A DNA stretch of 64,000 bases from NCBI GenBank assembly GCA_002305085.1, contig DBQE01000009.1:20835-84834 (forward strand), in the 5' to 3' direction. This document shows, in pieces, positions 61,460-64,000 of the stretch. Under the pieces are notes generated by a model. That model saw nothing but the letters and a program-made list of their open reading frames with translations, searched no databases and was not told where the DNA came from. The DNA is from Bacteroidales bacterium UBA1402. GTDB lineage: Bacteria; Bacteroidota; Bacteroidia; Bacteroidales; UBA1402. Within the stretch, counting starts at the first letter, position 1. Each line of letters opens with the position of its first letter. A program made the translations under genes and the position numbers.

Positions 61460-63940
61460 TTACCTTTCGACTCTGCCGGCCTGTATTCTTAAATGTTGAA
61501 TCAGATTGTTGCCCTGCTGATCGTAAATACTAAGTGTGTGATTTCCGGGGGCAGGGCTGATGCTCATTTGGTGTATCCTGCGTGTATTACCTATCCACTC
61601 GTCGTCGAGATGCCAAAACAAAAGGGCATCTGCTTTGCGGTGTACCACTTCGATTACCAGCTTGCCCGGACTGCCGTCAAGCTCTCTGGGGATATACAAA
61701 CTGTATGGATTACGGGGATACAATATTTCCATCTGCTTGTATTCTTTTTCTTCACCACAGCTTTCCATAAGGGGAGGCAGGCCCCGGTAAGACGGGTGAG
61801 TTTTGCGGTAAAACCACTCCATAGCCGGCGGTAACACAAAGATTGAATCACTGCGGATAAGTTCAAGCGGATAGCAAGAGGCATTCACCCTGAATTTTCC
61901 GTCTTTGGATACATGTACCAGCCGGTGATAAGGACATAGTTCCGTTTTTGAGCCTGATGCAGGAACCATTTGCAAGCTCTTCCGGGTGCAATAACCCGAA
62001 GCTTTACAGCCACTTTCCATACATATTTCTTCCAGGTTCATCTCGCTGTCAGGCTGTTCAAACCAAGCTCCGCTCTGCGGTAATAAATCAAAAAGATCAA
62101 ACAGGGCGGGAGCGGCCGCTCTCAAGCCTGTAAGCCCGGGACGTCCCTCGCCGTCGGCATTGCCCGCCCATACGGCTACTACGTGTTCGGGAGTAGCTCC
62201 CAGGGCCCAAGCGTCGCGTAAACCAAAACTGGTTCCGGTTTTCCAGGCAATCCGCCGGCTGCTTTCAAAGTGCTTCCAGCCGCTACGTTCTCGGGGACGA
62301 TTTACTTGTCGCAAGGCTTCCATGGTGCACCATATGGAAGCAGCCGACAGTAAAGGTAAAGATTCCTCGTTTTCGGAGGCGGACTTTCGGCCTTTGCTAA
62401 CAGCATTCTTCCTTTTATTCGGGAATATTTCCGGCCAAAAGCGACTGATGTTTGTCTCATGAAATGCCTTTGTATCGCTCTTTTTTTCGGGACTATTTTC
62501 TCTGAAAAGTCGTAAAGGACGGTAATCTTCCGACGAATATTCCTGAACGGATCCAAAGCGGTTTAGTACCCTGGCCAAAGAAGCATAGGCCCCGGCCAAT
62601 TCGAGCAGGTTGCATTCTCCTCCGCCCAAAATCAGCGACAAACCATAATGCTGGGACGGATAAACAAAAGTGGTGAAACCCAGGTTTTTCAGAACATCCA
62701 GAAAACGAGCTTCTCCAAACTGATGTAGCATTTCTACAGCCGGCACATTAAGGGATTGGCTCAAGGCCTCAGAAGCCGGAACTGCCCCCTGGTAGTTAAG
62801 ATCAAAATTTTTGGGGCTGAAACCCGAAAAATTCACCGGAACATCGGCAATAAGAGTATTAGGGAGAATTTCTCCCTGATGCAGCATCGAGGCGTACAAA
62901 AATGGCTTAAGAATGCTTCCGCTGCTGCGTGGGGTCTGCACGATATCCACAAAAACATCGAGTTGAGCCACCGCGCTGATGTTGCCCGCATAGGCCAGAA
63001 TACTGTTTTGCTTTACATCGCAGACCAGGGCAGCCAAATTATGGATTTCACTTTGCTCCAGTTCTTTGCTCCGCTGTTCCAGCAAAGCGATGCATTTTTC
63101 CTGTAGCGGATAATCTATGCTTGTATAGACATTTTGGCCCGGAAACTGTTTATGGGCTTTTTCCACAACATGCAAGGCTAAACCGGGCAAAGGTAAAGGT
63201 GCCTGCGGTAGTGATTCGGCCAAAGCCAACTGATAACTAAGACTGTCAATGTGTTTTTTTTGATAAAGCTTCCCAAGTAAAGCATCCCTTTTTTGTTTCA
63301 ATTCGGCTGCGTTTCTGCCGGGATGAATCAGAGCGGGAGCATTAGGCAAAACGGCCAAAGTAGCTGCTTCGGCCCAGGACAACTTTTGATGCGGATGGTT
63401 AAAATAACGCCAGGAAGCAGCTGTGATACCCACCACATTGCCGCCGAAAGGAGCCATCCCGGCGTAAAGAGCCAAAATTTTATCTTTGGAATAACACAAT
63501 TCGAGTTTCAAAGCCATCAGAATCTCGAGGCATTTTCCGCTCAGGGTTCTGGGAGGATTATTGCGAGACATTCTGGCCACCTGCATACTCAGGGTGCTTC
63601 CGCCACTGACGATGCGTCCGGCTTTGAGATTTTGAACAAGCGCCCTGCCCAACGAAACCGGATTGACGCCCGGATGATAACGAAAATAGTTATCCTCGTA
63701 AAGAATCAGAGCCTTGACGTAATTGTCGGGGATTTCTCCCTCGGGACTAAAGCGCCACTGGCCGTCAGCGGCTATTCTTGCACCCAACAGCTCCAAATTG
63801 GCGGCATAAACCACAGTAGAGCAGGGGTACTTGAATTTAGGAAGAGGTACCAGCAAAAACAACACAACAAGCAGCAGGAACAAGCCGGTAAGTATTTTCA
63901 GCCGCTTTGTCCCTTTTGAGCTTTGGTTTTTCAAACACAT
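61460..63940 (-). CDS. pbpC: Penicillin-binding protein 1C
   Basis: ED.YF.YHPGVNP, GGSTLSMQ, GS.LKPF, SLN, KTGTS, C-terminal BiPBP domain. Confidence 0.94.
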   Translation of the reverse strand: MCLKNQSSKGTKRLKILTGLFLLLVVLFLLVPLPKFKYPCSTVVYAANLELLGARIAADGQWRFSPEGEIPDNYVKALILYEDNYFRYHPGVNPVSLGRALVQNLKAGRIVSGGSTLSMQVARMSRNNPPRTLSGKCLEILMALKLELCYSKDKILALYAGMAPFGGNVVGITAASWRYFNHPHQKLSWAEAATLAVLPNAPALIHPGRNAAELKQKRDALLGKLYQKKHIDSLSYQLALAESLPQAPLPLPGLALHVVEKAHKQFPGQNVYTSIDYPLQEKCIALLEQRSKELEQSEIHNLAALVCDVKQNSILAYAGNISAVAQLDVFVDIVQTPRSSGSILKPFLYASMLHQGEILPNTLIADVPVNFSGFSPKNFDLNYQGAVPASEALSQSLNVPAVEMLHQFGEARFLDVLKNLGFTTFVYPSQHYGLSLILGGGECNLLELAGAYASLARVLNRFGSVQEYSSEDYRPLRLFRENSPEKKSDTKAFHETNISRFWPEIFPNKRKNAVSKGRKSASENEESLPLLSAASIWCTMEALRQVNRPRERSGWKHFESSRRIAWKTGTSFGLRDAWALGATPEHVVAVWAGNADGEGRPGLTGLRAAAPALFDLFDLLPQSGAWFEQPDSEMNLEEICMESGCKASGYCTRKSLQMVPASGSKTELCPYHRLVHVSKDGKFRVNASCYPLELIRSDSIFVLPPAMEWFYRKTHPSYRGLPPLMESCGEEKEYKQMEILYPRNPYSLYIPRELDGSPGKLVIEVVHRKADALLFWHLDDEWIGNTRRIHQMSISPAPGNHTLSIYDQQGNNLIQHLRIQAGRVER

Positions 63941-63961
63941 TCCCTATGAGCTTGCCCCGTT

Positions 63962-64000
63962 TTAGCGTTCTACTTTTACCTTAGCCCCGCCTTTTCTGGC
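63962..64000 (-). CDS. 3' end of the upstream gene, possibly bacterial alpha-2-macroglobulin
   Basis: Reads ARKGGAKVKVER*. A2M genes canonically precede pbpC, but only 12 aa are visible. Confidence 0.4.
   Translation of the reverse strand, partial: ARKGGAKVKVER

Noticed and set aside
1..64000. tRNA, rRNA, riboswitch, CRISPR, IS, prophage, defence genes or genetic-code reassignment
   Set aside because: Intergenic spaces are short and show none of the signatures by eye, and conserved genes are full length under the standard code. An Infernal or tRNAscan run would be needed to exclude small RNAs formally.

Overview
This is a gene-dense chromosomal segment of a Bacteroidota (very likely Bacteroidales) genome. 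The evidence is TAnnTTTG -7 promoter boxes in front of most operons, A/T-rich translation starts without SD sites, a T9SS C-terminal sorting domain, DUF4270/DUF3109 genes, and rimP-nusA-infB-cvpA-suf synteny. Most of the window is housekeeping: glycogen genes, pgm, panCD, cdd, guaA, pnp, rnhB, suf, infB/nusA/rimP, gpmI and pbpC. I saw no tRNA, rRNA, CRISPR array, transposase, integrase or phage gene. Five items stand out. (1) A 4-TM LytTR sensor is divergent from a stripped-down Firmicutes-order fabH-fabK-fabF-fabZ operon, with four ~21-bp-spaced candidate operator repeats between them; this may be an inducible auxiliary fatty-acid synthesis module. (2) An NSS/SNF transporter carries a sandwich-barrel-hybrid-like domain in its last loop and is followed by an unlisted 44-aa membrane ORF. 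(3) A PnuC-family vitamin transporter and an unknown 2-TM protein sit inside the suf operon between sufB and sufC. (4) A membrane AraC regulator is divergent from a T9SS cargo and a lipoprotein. (5) GuaA has several unusual substitutions in its glutaminase domain. All functional calls come from motif recognition by eye; no database searches were run.
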